Source: Octopus bimaculoides
Taxonomy: Eukaryota
Length of the DNA: 64,000 nt
Reading direction: 5' to 3'
Assembly: GCF_001194135.2 (NCBI RefSeq)
Contig: NC_068997.1
Location: 37,271,180 to 37,335,179 of the forward strand
Part shown: one piece after another, positions 38,085 through 52,281 of the stretch
How positions within the stretch are numbered: position 1 is the first letter of the stretch
Layout of the letters: each line of letters begins with the position of its first letter
The notes under the pieces: generated by a model
Database searches by the model: none
The model's input: only the letters and a program-made list of their open reading frames with translations
Told to the model about the DNA's origin: nothing
Made by a program: the position numbers and the translations under genes

Positions 38085-38169
38085 ACAAAGCACTTTTACT
38101 ATAATGCATTTGGGTACAAATCCCACATCCTCCATCATCATCATCATCATTTAATGACCGTCTTCCATG

Positions 38170-39850
38170 CTAGCATGCTCTGCTTCCTCCCCTATGAACA
38201 GGGTATATTATACTTTCTTTTAACAATTTAGGAAGTTTACCACATGCAAAGAAACTCTGAAAAAGAATCTGCAGTAATTTTATGAGAGCTTTCTTGCATA
38301 TCTTTGAAAGAACAGTTGGAAATCCATGTGGGCTTTTTGCTGAGTTCAAGTTCATCTCATCAATAGCTGGTATCACATTTCCCTCTTTTTATGTCAATGT
38401 AAACGATGGTTAACTCTTTCCTATATAAATCTGCAAGGTTGAAAAACTCACAAGCTTGCTTATTTGCATGTTTCCCAGTAGAACGGTGAAAGCACTTTGG
38501 ACTTGTTTATTTAGCACTGGAGTTTGCACTTAGTGAGCCAACCTCTTCAAACAGTGGCCCTATCTTGTGCACTGAGGCAGATGTTTTCATAAACATGCAG
38601 AAGACTTCAGGATGCATTTTTATATTTTCTACTGCCCTGGTTTCTCTTTCTACCCTTTCCATTTCATAGGAGATTTGAGTTTATTTTCTTTCTCTGAAAG
38701 TACTTCTTTGAGGAGGGATTTCTTGCTATCATTAAGTCATTTAAGTTATTCATCTAATTGATTTGAGATCTTTATTCTCTGTCTCATAAGGACTCTCTTG
38801 TCTTGAGGAATGATGTTTTTGTATGCAATTGTTCTCTTCTCTGCAACAAATTTAATGCACTTGGCTCACATTATTGACATAAATTTTTTTAGGTTTATTT
38901 CAGTTTATTGCATAGAGGGACTTTTAAGCCAATTTTACTGGATTATCTGTCTTTCAATTGACTTCCTGTCAACCTTATAGAAGTTCAGATTAGATAGACT
39001 TTGGGTACCATCTGTGTGGAATACATCATTAATTAGTTTTGGACCATACATCATCAGTTCTATCATGTTGTGGTGGGTCTGAGAAGATTGTTGGTAGTTA
39101 AGTTACACATTTTTAATGAAGCAGAGGTCTAATATGTTATTCTTTTTGGTTGGAGAGAATTTGTTTGTTCCATGAACAATGTTTATGGAGGATCAAGTAG
39201 AGATTCTGTTTGACTGCACTTTTTTCATGTCATTCCTGAGATGTATTACATTCTGACCATTGGGGATGTTGAAGTCACCCATCAGAACTACATTAGCACA
39301 TTGAACTAATTTTGTAAGTATTTATTTTATCATTGTAAGGCTTTCCTCAAATTTACTGTCATGATTTTTCAGTATCAGGTGTACTTATTACTATATTGAG
39401 TTCCTTTAAAAGCAGGATGAATGTGTCACAGACGAAGTTTAAATGTGACAACAGGGTTAGTGGTGTGACATCTTCATGGATGTACAACAACTCTACCAAG
39501 ACTTCTTTCTCTTCTGTCTATAAGAAGTACAGTATACATTGGTATGAATATTTCTGCATCATTTATGTCTGCAGATTGATGTCTCTCCATAAGTGCGATG
39601 GATATTGTTTGATTGCATGCAGGAAGATTCCTCAGGTATGCAATTTTATGCTAGCTGGTGTTTTGTAGGAGGCCTCTGATATTTATTAGAATTGATATGA
39701 TTGTTGGCTTTGCATCAAAATGGCTTCTAGGTGTTTAGGCTTCCATTGATTATTTGTGGTCAAGAGGCTGTAATGCTATCAAAGGGCCATCAATTACTTT
39801 CTTCATTTTTAGGGCAATATGTTGCAGACTAACTGTTGGCAGGATGCTTG
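38170..39850 (-). mobile_element. CR1-like LINE relic (APE and pre-RT region)
   Basis: NVVLMGDFNIP near 39270-39300, and SAKSPHGFPTVLSKICKKALIKLLQILFQS...GKLPKLLKESIIYPVHRGGSR in ORF 38170-38376. Confidence 0.75.
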
Positions 39851-40307
39851 CACCTCTTTGACAGCAGAGTACAACATCTGTTAGGGGCTAATGCTTTTTA
39901 AATATATCTAACTTATGATTATGGAAACATTAATGTCAAAATTGCAGTAACTCTAATTATTAGGTTATGGTACAAAAAATTAATTCCTTATATAGAATTA
40001 CCTTGTTATCTTTCCCTTACCAAATTGGCTGATATTAAAATTTTTCAAGAACAAGGATATCCAGTTAAAAACTACTGGCACATCAAAATTTTATGTTCAG
40101 GATGTTCAAATTCTACCAGAATCTGACATTAAAACTGCATTAGAGTTAATGTGACCACATGGTCAAATAATGGGAAAAGAAATTAGGATTCAAACTAAGC
40201 AAATTATTATTGATAATTTTTTTAAAAAATCAGATGAATATAAAATAAAATAAATGTAACTCATTGGATTAAAAAAAGTTTCCTTTGATTATGTATCAGG
40301 TGCAGGC

Positions 40308-40715
40308 ATGGCTGTGTTCTAAGAAGTTTGCTTCCCAACCACATGGTTCTGGATTCAGTTCTACTTTATGGCACCTTGGGAAAGTGTCTTCCACTATGCC
40401 CTTGGGCCAACTGAAGCCATGTGAGTGGATTTGGTAGATAGAAACTGAAAAAAGCCCATTGTATATGTGTGTGTGTGTGCATGCATGCATATGTGTGTGT
40501 GCACGCATGTGTGTGCATGCATGTGTGTGTTGTGTGTGTGTGTGTGTGTATCTGCATGCGCATGCACACGTGTGTGAGTGTATGTGTGTGTCTGTGTGTA
40601 CCAGGCTTAAATTAAAAATAAGGATTGGTGTCAATTTGTTTACCCCAGTCCTTGTTTCTTTGAAGCAGAGCCCCACTGTGGCAACAGTCTGATAACTGAA
40701 ACAAGTAAAAGAAAG
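40308..40715 (+). mobile_element. tRNA/CORE-like SINE with an internal (TG)n
   Basis: Same family as 24302-24708. Confidence 0.82.
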
Positions 40716-41160
40716 AGAACATATTTTAAAAAGTATCAGATGTTCTATTTCTTTTCAGTAACATATCAGAAATGTATCCTGAACCATACTCATGACCATT
40801 ATTCAGGCTTTGACATTATTTTAATTTTCTCTTTGAAATTAAATGTAGAAAGAAATTTGGTTGTTGTTTTATGTGGATAGTATATTCTATTTAAAGAGGC
40901 AACTTTTCAGTGTTTGTAATACAGCTCATATCAGTTATGATACAAAAGTCCAAAGGTTATATGATTGGATAAGTTGTAAACAGTATAACCACTTGAAATG
41001 TCTTATCAGTGACCTCATATTAAATACTAGAAAGGCATGAGTTTCAGCATGAAAAGCAACATTGATCTTTACTATATGATGGGGGAGTGGAAATGTAATA
41101 AAGACAAATATTGCTATCTAAACTAGGTAAAATGAAATTTATCAAATAAACCAGATATAT

Positions 41161-41230
41161 ACTTCAGCTGACTAATTATTTATTCTGTTTAAAAGAGAGA
41201 GTTCTATTAAATGTATAGACAATAATAATG

Positions 41231-41295
<65 letters not shown>
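41161..41295. repeat. (AAT)n microsatellite (the run lies inside this interval)
   Basis: Direct tandem repeat at about 41221-41295. Confidence 0.85.
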
Positions 41296-42986
41296 TATGG
41301 TCACTAATACAACCATCCCCTCATTGACAAGGTGGGATTAGAAATTTGAATTTGAAATTAAAGAATACAAGGAAGAAGATGCATAGAGTTCACATATTGA
41401 ATTTTTTCATCTGTTCTAAAATTCTTACATTCTTTAGTTGGTAGTAATCATGTATAAAACTATTTCATTCTTTTCCGAAATCTTCATCATGATTTAACCA
41501 GTAACATTATTAAGATATGTTTCAAAGAGAGACATTTCATAAAATTAAGGATGAAAAGAATTAAGTTAATTATAATCTGGAGGAGATTCAGAGATTTTTG
41601 TTTTTACCATTTATAGAAGAATGTTGGTAGTTTTAGAAAGTGGAATTCTGCTTTATGAATAGTTTCAACACCAGCTGCAAACAATTTCTCAAGCCTTTTT
41701 CAGTAAAGAATATTAAGTGTTAAAGGGATTTTCTTCACAAACTGCTTCATGATATTTTGAGGTAGAAATATTAATAGCAACATTTTGAATTCTTGAAGTG
41801 ACACTTGGGAAGATCTTAGATGTATAAATAAACTCAGGGAATGTTTACTGCTATAAGAAATATTCAAATCAACAGACTGGTTCAAAGATGAACTCAGTCA
41901 ACTTTAATTGGCACATTTTAGATAAATGATCTCCATCAGTTTTGTTGAGTGTTCATTTGTTTGATCAATTCACTTACTTGATCATTGAATTAGCATGGAA
42001 CATCCTTAATGTAGTTCTTAAATGAAATCAGTATGACACAGTGTAACAAGGCACAACCTTAAAATTACAGGTACAATCCATGCGATGGACTTCCACATCA
42101 TTCCTATCTGCCATATTTCATCTGCAAGACTTGTATTGATCCAGTGCTATGGTAAAAGACATTTGCCAGAATACTTACAGTGGAAGCAAATCTGGGACTT
42201 CGTGACTGTGAAGCAAACTTCTTCACCATCTATTTGGGCATATCTATTTTGCAATGCTTAGAAATAAACATGAGATATTGAAGTGAATTCAAGGACCATG
42301 TTTTCATGAATTACTAAGGAACATATAAAAGGACAAATAAAGAAAAGTAGAAAAAGAAAACTCAGAAAATTAGTGGTTTTTGCCATTTGGTGATTGATAA
42401 AATATTATTTTAAGTTTCCTTGTTCACATGTAGCAAAAATAACAGTTAAATTGTAATTCATTAGAGGATGATTCTCAATGCAAATTCCTATAAATTTGAC
42501 TTGATTTCAATAAATCTTAAAAATTAAATTTTGCAAACCAAATATATTTATTCTTTCTGGAAAACTGATATATATGCTGAGAAAATCTTTGACCAGTCTT
42601 ATTCTGTAAACTTTATCTTTTACAATTCAGAATCAGAAAATAGTCACCAAATATCTCAAACATGATGAGGATAAAAGAGGATAGGAAAGTACTTTGATAT
42701 GAACACAATTATTGGCTATTGGAAATTTATGAAAAACAAACAAAAGCACTGATCAATCAAAATCAGTAAAAAGAATAACAGAAAATGTTATTTTGCAGGA
42801 CACATAACAGTATACTATTAACATTAAAAATAAATATCAGAGTCTGTAAATGAAACATTTCAAGAATGTTGGACATATTTAATCACAAGATCAATGGTAC
42901 AGTTCAAGATTATGGGGCCATCTTCCTTAATACAATATGCATAAATAAATTATAAAAAAGAAATATTGTACATATGATTTCATATA

Positions 42987-44567
42987 TAGACATACCTTAA
43001 CCCTACATCATTAATTAGACCCAGGAGGCACAACTCAGGTTGAAAAACGACTTAAGTTACATTAAATTGTCTCTAGGCAAGGCTAGGCTGAATTCACTTG
43101 TCTCTAAGCTAAACCAATAATAACCATTCCCAGTCCTGTACTTTATTTATGAATACATTTTCACTAATACAGGGTTAATAAAAACCTATTTTAAGCTTAC
43201 AAATAAATAATTTTTATTTTATAATACGGTACAGTAAAAAACAAATAATCTAAATTTATGAATACAATTTGGCAGTGTTTACTGTATATCGTGAACGCTT
43301 AATTTATGAATGCAGTTTGCAAGAAGACATGGTAAAATAAAAGCCTTTATTAAACTTAAAAAACAAATTCAGTAATTATTATTATTTTGCAATAGTAAAA
43401 AAAAAACTAAATTATTTTAAATTTACCAATATGTACATACAATTTAGTGGTTTACATTGCAGATGTAGAAGCTGTGGATTGTTAACATCAACAGCTGATT
43501 CTGGTTGTTTTTGTTGTTCGATGCACTTAAAAAACTGGTTGAGAGTTCCTTGAACTGTCTTCTTTTCCTCAAGGATTATATTATAAGAAGCAAAACCTTC
43601 CATAATCTTGGAAAAGCATTGAGCATTTGGATCCATATCCTCTAACACAGAAAGAACGTTTTTGATATATGCAAATGCATGCTGCATTTTCTTAATGGTA
43701 AAATGATGTGGCTGTCAGGTTCGATTTCCTCTTCTTTATTTTGCTGCTCGTGAAGTTCTATCAAATCCTCGTTAATCAGGGGCTGCTTGTCTTTTTCAAA
43801 TACATCTTTGCAATCCTCTTCCACCAAATTAATAATCTAAAGAGAAAGAAGACTTTCCATTTCTTCAAAGATTTTACCTCTATTCTTATTGATGACAGTA
43901 TTCTTCATCCCTTAGGCTTCAGATTTGAAATGTGCTAAAAGCTTGTGCTTATTATGTACAACCATTGATACAATTGTCTGACTCATCCCAAAAGATCATG
44001 CAATTACTACCACTTTTTTCACCTTTTTCAAGATAACCAGTTTATCTTCCAGTATTATAGCACTTTCACTATGAATTTTCTTCAGAGTCATGGGGCAAAA
44101 AATAAAGTCACAAATGAATGAGAATGAGAAAGTAGCTGATAAACTGAGGTAAAGAAATCTGAATTCAAAACAATCAAGGAGAATCATGAGTGACAACAAT
44201 GACTAATAGTAGATATTGGAACTACAGTGCAATATGAGCTCCGAAAGACCAATAAATAAGACAACACTGCTGATTTCATAATTTCGTTCACTAAGCTACA
44301 CTACTTTATGGTGTGTATCTTAACATTTACTGTATGTATTTTAATATGATTTTAAATGCTTTTATTCTTATTTATTGTACAGTAACATGAATTTTATGTG
44401 CTTTTAACAGTTTTCTAGTGGTTTTATGAATCCAATACTTGTGGCGGACAGACGTAAAGTTGAGTAAAATGTCTTGACTTGAATTTTATTTTTCCATGTA
44501 TTATTGTTGAAAACGAATGTATAACTGAGAATGACTTAAGTCGAAACACCTTAAGCTGAAGTATGTC
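42987..44567 (-). mobile_element. Internally deleted Tigger/pogo-like DNA transposon
   Basis: Reverse-complement homolog of 52382-55330 with a shared C-terminus (MDPNAQCFSKIMEGF...QFFKCIEQQKQ). Most of the DDE domain is missing. Confidence 0.82.
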
Positions 44568-46796
44568 TGTATATAGAAATATATGATTAAAAGGGCCAAA
44601 ACTCCATCAAAAGAATTTTCTCATTTTAAGAGATTGACTGTTTGCTGCAAATAAATTCTGAAATGACAAACAAAATGTCACTTTTATTTATAAACAATCA
44701 ACAATGTTATTTTTTAGGAAATGGTTGAAATACTTTGAAATAGAAAGTCATCGAATAAACAGATAGTGATATTTATTGAATGTTGCCATAATTTATTTTC
44801 TTCTTATATCAGCACATAGTTGTTAATTCATACAATGTTCGCAAGATTAGTCACCTAAGTAAAAGAATTCATCGATTACTTTTGCTAAACCATATGAGAA
44901 CTTTACAATCTTTACCTCAACATATCTTGTGGAAACGTTTTTTGGGGCGGGAATATCACTGACTGTCAATATTCTTCCTTTTATCATCATATTCCTTGTT
45001 TTTCCAGTTGTTTTTCTTGTTAAAGCTATCATCAATTGCAAGTTTTATAACATTCTCTGCTAGTTTAATATGACATTTAAAGTCCCTTCCTTGTCAGCAC
45101 AAAACCTCAATATAACATATATACTTTGAATTACATTATTATTTTTCCTGATGCTTTTTTATTTGTGCTGGTACCATGTAAAGAGTACTCTTTGCCATGT
45201 AAAATGCATACACTACACTCTGTAAATCGGTTGATGTTAGGAAGGGTATCCAACTCTAGCAACCATGCCAAAAAGATAATGGAACCTGGTGTGGTTCCTG
45301 TCAAACCTTCCAACTCACACCAGCATAGAAAACAGGCATTAAATGATGATGTATGTATGTGTAACTGTGAGTTTAGAAGGATGTATTATCTGGGTATATA
45401 CTGTATTGGCTCTCTGTTAAACTTCATCTTGTAATGTTTACTTTCATATTATGATAAACAGCTATTATGCACAAATACTATTTTCTGACTGGATAAAAAG
45501 GATCAGACTTTAAACCTCTGTAACATTTTTCTAAAACTTTCCTGGAATAAATGAAAAACAAAATTGAATTGAGTGTGAAAATTTTTACTGAAAATGTGTG
45601 ACAGCAACAAAAAAGATCTTTTACTCTTCCTCTATTTGTCTATCTCTTTCATTTTTCTCTTTACTCATTGCAAATTTCCCCCCTCTCTATAGATATATTT
45701 ACCACACTCTCACTCTCTATACATGTACATCACTCATGCTGAGTGTGCGGATGTGTGTATGTATGCATGTGTGTAAAGAATTTCATTAGGGTGACAAGAT
45801 AATTTTAAAAAGGTATGTAAAATATAATTTATCTTAATAGCATACTTTTATTGTGAATATGTTTTTCCTTACACACACATGCACATACATGCACACAGAC
45901 ATGCACACACATGCATATACATATGCACACACACACACATGCATGCACACACAGACTTACTTTGTGCAGGGTGGGGGTTAAAAATTTAAATTGCAAATTT
46001 TTTTTGCTGTTGCTTAAATCCCAACAATGGACCACCCCTGTTACTTCTGCATCATCATTCCATAAAATGTGTCTATCAGAAGAAAAATATTGAAAGACAT
46101 CAGTACATATCAGAGTGACAATGAAATGAGGAAAGTATCAGGTGGTCGCGGGATGTGCGAGAAGCAACAGCTAAATCTCCCTTAAATCACACACCTTTCC
46201 ATCTGATAATTATTATGAAATTATAAACAGAAACAAATTGCTGATTCAGACTGTCCATATTTTAAAACAATGATTAAAAGAAATTTCATATAAAAGCCAA
46301 GATGTTAGGATTTATGAGGGATGGGTGGGGTTAATGAAGAAATTAAAACAGATTTAAATATTGTTTTTAAATTACATCCCATAATTTTTAAGTGTGTAGT
46401 GCAAAAAAGATATGGCCCAAACTGGTACTGAGCAGGGAAGCAGGGTTGAAAAAGATGCTGAATTTTCAAAAAAATTTTTTTTTGTCAAAACAATACATCT
46501 AATGTTTTTAAGTACGTAGTGCAGGAAAAAAAACTGGACAAAATTGGTCCAGAAGGTGAGGAGGTGGGATTCATAAATTTTCTGACCAGCCATAACAATT
46601 AACCTTCAATAAATAAATATATATTCCTCCTTTATTCCTCCGTGTATTTGCAAGCTGATTTAATTTCTACCAACAATGACTTCAAGTATGTAATTGCAGC
46701 CAATAACTCGGGCTCCTTTTATTGAGCCTGGTTGCAGTTCATTTATTTTTGTTCAGCATGTGGCTGTCATCATAGAGGTGCCCTGAGTCAAAAAAT

Positions 46797-47510
46797 ATCC
46801 AATGATGCTAAGATGGATAAAGAAATCGAGTCCAGAATTGGGGAGGCTAGTTCCACTTTCAGTAAACTTTACCATAGGCTTTGGAACAGCCATGACATAT
46901 TGTTGAAGGTGAAGGTCAATGTATACAAGTTAGTGGTTTTGGTATCATTGCTTTATGATGCTGCATCTTGGACCCTGTACGAAAAGCACATCAACCAGCT
47001 TGATGCTTTTTATATGCAATGCTTGCATTCTATGTCCAACATAAAACTGAGTGATCATATTCATAACAGTGAGGTGCTAACACAATGCAACATATTGGTG
47101 TTGAAGCCATCATCATCAAAATACGGCTTAATAGTCAGGTCATCTCTCACATACGAGTGATACCAGAATTCCGAAGCAACTTCTTTTTGGCCAATTCCCA
47201 ACAGGAAGGTCAATTGGAAGGCTGCTCTTGTGTTTCAAAGACAAACTAAAAGACAATCTGAAGTGATGCTACATTCCCTTTTCTTCCTGGGGAAACAAAG
47301 CATCAGAATGCAAGAACTGGTGCCAATCCTGCTTCTCCTTTCAATTCAAAGATTGGAGCAAAGTCGACTCCAACATTGGGACCAACTTTGTACAAGCATG
47401 AAGGCATGCTGGCAAAACACTGCTCTTCTAAATGGAAACCTTACCTGTCATTGTGGTTTTGTGGCACAGAACAAAGCAGGCCTTGTTTCCACTCAAGAAA
47501 ATACATAGTA
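46797..47510 (+). mobile_element. RTE-BovB-like LINE 3' fragment
   Basis: SNDAKMDKEIESRIGEASSTFSKL..RLW...KVNVY..VVL.SLLY, ending in a degenerate CHCGF...KAGLVS finger. Confidence 0.82.
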
Positions 47511-47688
47511 AATGATCCAAAATTACTTGAGCAAACTGAGTCCTTAACTTGTTCCATTTGACAAAAAGCTTGCAAGGAACCAGCAGGCCTCAAGAGACAC
47601 ATTCATGACCATAGAACATGATTACTGCCTTATTTTACTGAACCCTCATGACGAGGAATCCATCATGTGTGTGTGTGTGTGTATGTAT

Positions 47689-47734
<46 letters not shown>

Positions 47735-47956
47735 TTTTATTTGTTTCAGTCATTTGACTGCCTTTAGTCGAACAAATCAACCCCAGGACTTATTATTTGT
47801 AAGTCTACTCCTTATTCTATTGGTCTCTTTTGCCGAACCACTAAGTTAGAGAGACATAAACACACCAACATTGGTTGTCAAGCAATGGTGGTGGTGGTGG
47901 TGGTGGTGGGGAAACACAGACACACAAACACACACACACACACACACATATATGTA

Positions 47957-48165
47957 ATGGCAAGTTGGCAGAATCATTAGCCTACTGGACAAAATGCTTA
48001 GCAGCACTTTGTCTGTCTTTAAGTTCTGAGTTCAAATTCCACTGAGATGGAGTTGTGCCTTTCATCTTTTCAGAGTCAATAAGATAAGTACCAGTTACAC
48101 ACTGGGGTCAGTGTAATCGACTTAACCCCTCCCCCAAAATTTCTAGTTTTGTGCCATAATTTGAA
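47957..48165 (+). mobile_element. Meta-domain-like SINE, CpG-decayed
   Basis: Homolog of 9751-9965. Confidence 0.78.
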
Positions 48166-48170
48166 ACCAA

Positions 48171-48171
<1 letters not shown>

Positions 48172-48239
<68 letters not shown>

Positions 48240-48299
48240 CTGTCTGTTTATCTATCTATCTATCTCTGTCTGTTTATCTATCTATCTATCTCTGTCTGT

Positions 48300-48333
<34 letters not shown>

Positions 48334-48390
48334 CTGTCTGTCTGTTTATCTATCTATCTATCTATCTATCTAATATTCTATCTATCTATG
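48172..48390. repeat. (CTAT)n / CTGT compound microsatellite
   Basis: Direct tandem repeat. Confidence 0.95.
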
Positions 48391-49804
48391 AATATATAGA
48401 ATGGATGCTAAGTCAGTGTATATATGAAGTCAATCAATGTGATTATAAGTGACAAGCCTATACAGATACACTTAGAGCTATAACAGGAGAATCGTTGAAT
48501 ATGTAAACAAAAACAGATGGTTGAGTAAGCAATGAATCATTTAGAAACGTGTGGCTGCATATGGTTGGAGAAACTAAATATGTATTTCCATAGATCTGAC
48601 TAATCTGTGTGGTTCAAAAGTGGTCTGCTTAATAATGGTGTGGACCTCAACAATCCAGAGCTCTTCTGCATCTGAGTGTCTGATAAAGGCCTGTTTTTTT
48701 TTTGTTTTTTCACTTCTGTTGGTTATTTCTTTCTGTAGTTCTTTTGCATGTTTGTGTTTGTATAGTGTACTAAATGACATGGGCTTGGGAAATCCTTGTG
48801 CTATTCTCATGTGTGGCTGTGACCTTTGATACTGCAAACACAAAGTTCAGTTTGAATATCAATATCCAAAATCTTGAAATGCTCTATCAGCAGCTATTTG
48901 CAATAAGTGGATGACAACAAAATCATAGCAGTGGTGCATCACCCTCACTACTAATAAAATATCACAGCTACAGATATGAGATATACATCTCGTATGGCAA
49001 TTCTCTTGACCAAAATATAAATAACTATACAGTTCTTCTGAAAGAGGATAATATTTTTATACAGTACTCGTATAAAGCATTTTATTTATGGTAAATTTAT
49101 GTTTTCATACTGTACCATCAAAATATTGTATTTACAAAACTACTAAAAAAATATCTTTCAATGGCTATATCATGTACTAAATTTGTTGTTTTTTTCCCAC
49201 AAAATATTCATGTAAAATAAAGCTGCATCTCATGCAAGAGTGAATTTAAAACACTCACAAATGCAGTATGTATCCATACATGTTTATTGAAAATTGTTAA
49301 CGTTTTTCTTAGGGAAAATATTTTGCACAAGTCAAAAATTAGGGATTGTATCACCATGTTTTTTGTTCTTCCAGGGATATTACAGATGTGATTTGGTGAT
49401 GTTACCCCTTAAGCTGAATGTCCATTGGTTCCAATATATAATTTGAAGTAAATCTATAAAAAACAAAAAAATGGTTCTTCTTTCTATCTTTTACCATATA
49501 CATAGAAAACACACACACACACACGTTTATATTTTTCTTTAGGTTCTGATTGGCCAATCATGTTTTCTCACCTTAAGAACAATTCAAAGAATAACTTCTT
49601 GTATATGAATAATTATATACTAACAAAAGTATACACACCTGAACATTGTCCTGTACATCTTTAAACATAATTTGAATTCTTTATACTCTTTACACATATC
49701 AATGAGGAAATGAAAAAAAAATGAAATATTTTTTAAGGAAATTAAAATGTGCAGGTTTGTTGGTTTGTTCTTCAAATTTGCAACTCAGCTGAAAGATATT
49801 CAGC

Positions 49805-49850
<46 letters not shown>

Positions 49851-50984
49851 TGATGATGATGATGATGATAAATAGCTTATTGTATAAAATGTTCAGGTGC
49901 TCCACAACTTGTTGGAAAAGGGTAAAAAATGGGACAGAAAACGCCAATAAGTCAAGTCAAATAAAAAGACAGTGATGAAAACCAAAAATGCATGCACATT
50001 TCACAGGAGAAAACATAAAAAGAAAGAAAAGTGAACAACAAAAAGAGACCGAAATCTCTTTTTCTTGGAAAAAAATTCTTCAACTTGATTTAAAATTATT
50101 GACTTCCACAATTGACTTTTAATATCAAATAGATTTTGTGCTATTATAAATATGCCTCTAACTCTTTATTCATAAACACACACACACACACACATGCATG
50201 CATCTGTGTCACATATTGTCTTGGATACATCAGATTTCAGTATAACCCTACTGAAATTCTCAGACTCATACGTACTAGTAAATATCTTATTCAAATAAAA
50301 AATGGAATTCTTACACATGAAAAAATTAATAAGAAAATGCTGGCAGGAAAACTTTTGAAATTTTAAAATATTCAAATTCTTATGACTAACACACTAAAAT
50401 CATTTCAACCATGTTTCTTTGTTATATTCCTTTTGTTCATCTGTTGGCTTCTGTCTGTCAGCCTGTCTCTTTGCATAGATTTAGACATAAGGTACTACTG
50501 TGAAGTTAATATGGTGACTATGTATAGATTTAGATGCAGACTCTTTCTTTACTTTAATAAAGAAAGCTACTTATTAATTAGTTATGAATATGTATTTCTT
50601 ACTAAAAGAAAGCAATTATTAAAATTTACAGTCTAGAAAATTCTTATAAATTCCAGTTTTAATATAGTTTTATCAACAAGCATTTTTAAAGAAAATTATC
50701 CTTATTCCTGTGACATACATTTTTAAATGTTTTACATTCATCTCTCTTTAACTGTTTCCTTGCAATTCTCTCTCTCTCTCTCTTCTGTTCCTATTAGTCT
50801 TTCTGTATTCTTATCACTTTTTTCTCTTTCACTCTTGTTTTTATCCTTTTTTGTTGTTTTTTTTCAACATCTTTTACACTTTGCCCTTTGTCTCTTTTCT
50901 TTCTCTCATATTCTGTTTATATCTCTTTCCCAGTTATTTCATTTAATACTTTTTATTTTTCTCCTGCTCATTCTGTTACTTTCA

Positions 50985-51041
<57 letters not shown>

Positions 51042-52239
51042 TCTACCTCTCTCTCCCTCTACCACCTTTATTCAATTGTTTTTGTTAAACTCAAAGAGCC
51101 AGACCCAGTTTCAGCCGGGTTGGTAACGAAAGGGTTTAAAATTATTTCTGTCTCTAGAGGATGTATCATGATTATCAAAAAGCTGCTAAGACCAGTTTCA
51201 CATGAGGAGGGCGAAAATTCTCCAGAGATAATTTTAATAAATCAACAATTTATGTTGTATGGTATTTTGTATACCTCTATTTGTTTGTCATTCAAATACT
51301 TGTCATTGGTCACTTTGGATTATTTTTCTTAGCTCAGTTTTCGCTTAAATTATGCAAATTACTTTGGCCATAAATGTCTTCTATTCCTTTTTGCATAAGT
51401 CTAGTCCTTTGGTTACAAATCTACCTTGGCAGTTGTGTCTGTAATATAGCCATGTGAGTTCTTCAAATGTCTTCTTTCTTATTTCGTTGAACATGGATAC
51501 CATTTTCTGAGAGTATATTGGTTGCTTCTTTATCAATGTTTTTGCTTTTTTTTCTTGTCTTTTGTTCTCAGTTGCCAGATGAGTCTTTTACAGTTTCTGT
51601 TAATGCTTACAGAAAGTCTTCTTTTTGGCGAATGGTTGAAACCTGCTCCACATTTTGAAACTAATTCACACATCGAACTATTCCAAATGAGCAAAACCTT
51701 GTAAATACAAATATTTTCTTTTTTACTCCAAATCTAAAAATTCTGGAAAATTACTAAACTTCTTGTAGACTTAAGAAGGCTTAATCTAAGGCCCAATTAA
51801 TACCACCAACACCACCATCATATAACACATGGGTATTTTTAGAAGAATCCTCTTGACTAAATTCAGTAATTTACCATTAACGATTATCTGTAGGTGTTTA
51901 AAGACAGTAACAAACTCTACCAGACATTAACCTGTAATATGAGTAAAGATGATTAAAATATTATTTCAAATATTCAGTCAAATTAATAAAATATCAAGGC
52001 TTTCCTCTGGTAGTATCTAAATTTCTCAAGTGTTCTACAAATTATATAACGCAAACTGTTTATCAGAATTTTAACATTTTCCCACATGGCCAATATCACA
52101 TGTTATTTGACATATCATTGTTTTAATGGGTACTTTTCCAGGCTTGCATGGGTCAGAAGGAATCCATTGCAGTAGATTTTCTATGGTTGGCTGCTCCTGG
52201 ATTTGGCAGATGGAGGCTGAAATAAGCCCATTGTGCGTG

Positions 52240-52281
<42 letters not shown>

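Noticed and set aside
44860-45063. Hydrophobic open frame resembling a transmembrane exon
   Set aside because: It has no convincing splice sites, and T-rich sequence yields such frames by chance.
51080-51140. Possible piggyBac-like terminus (TTAAACCCTTTCGTTACC, minus strand)
   Set aside because: Only one end is seen and the TTAA-CCC junction is imperfect.
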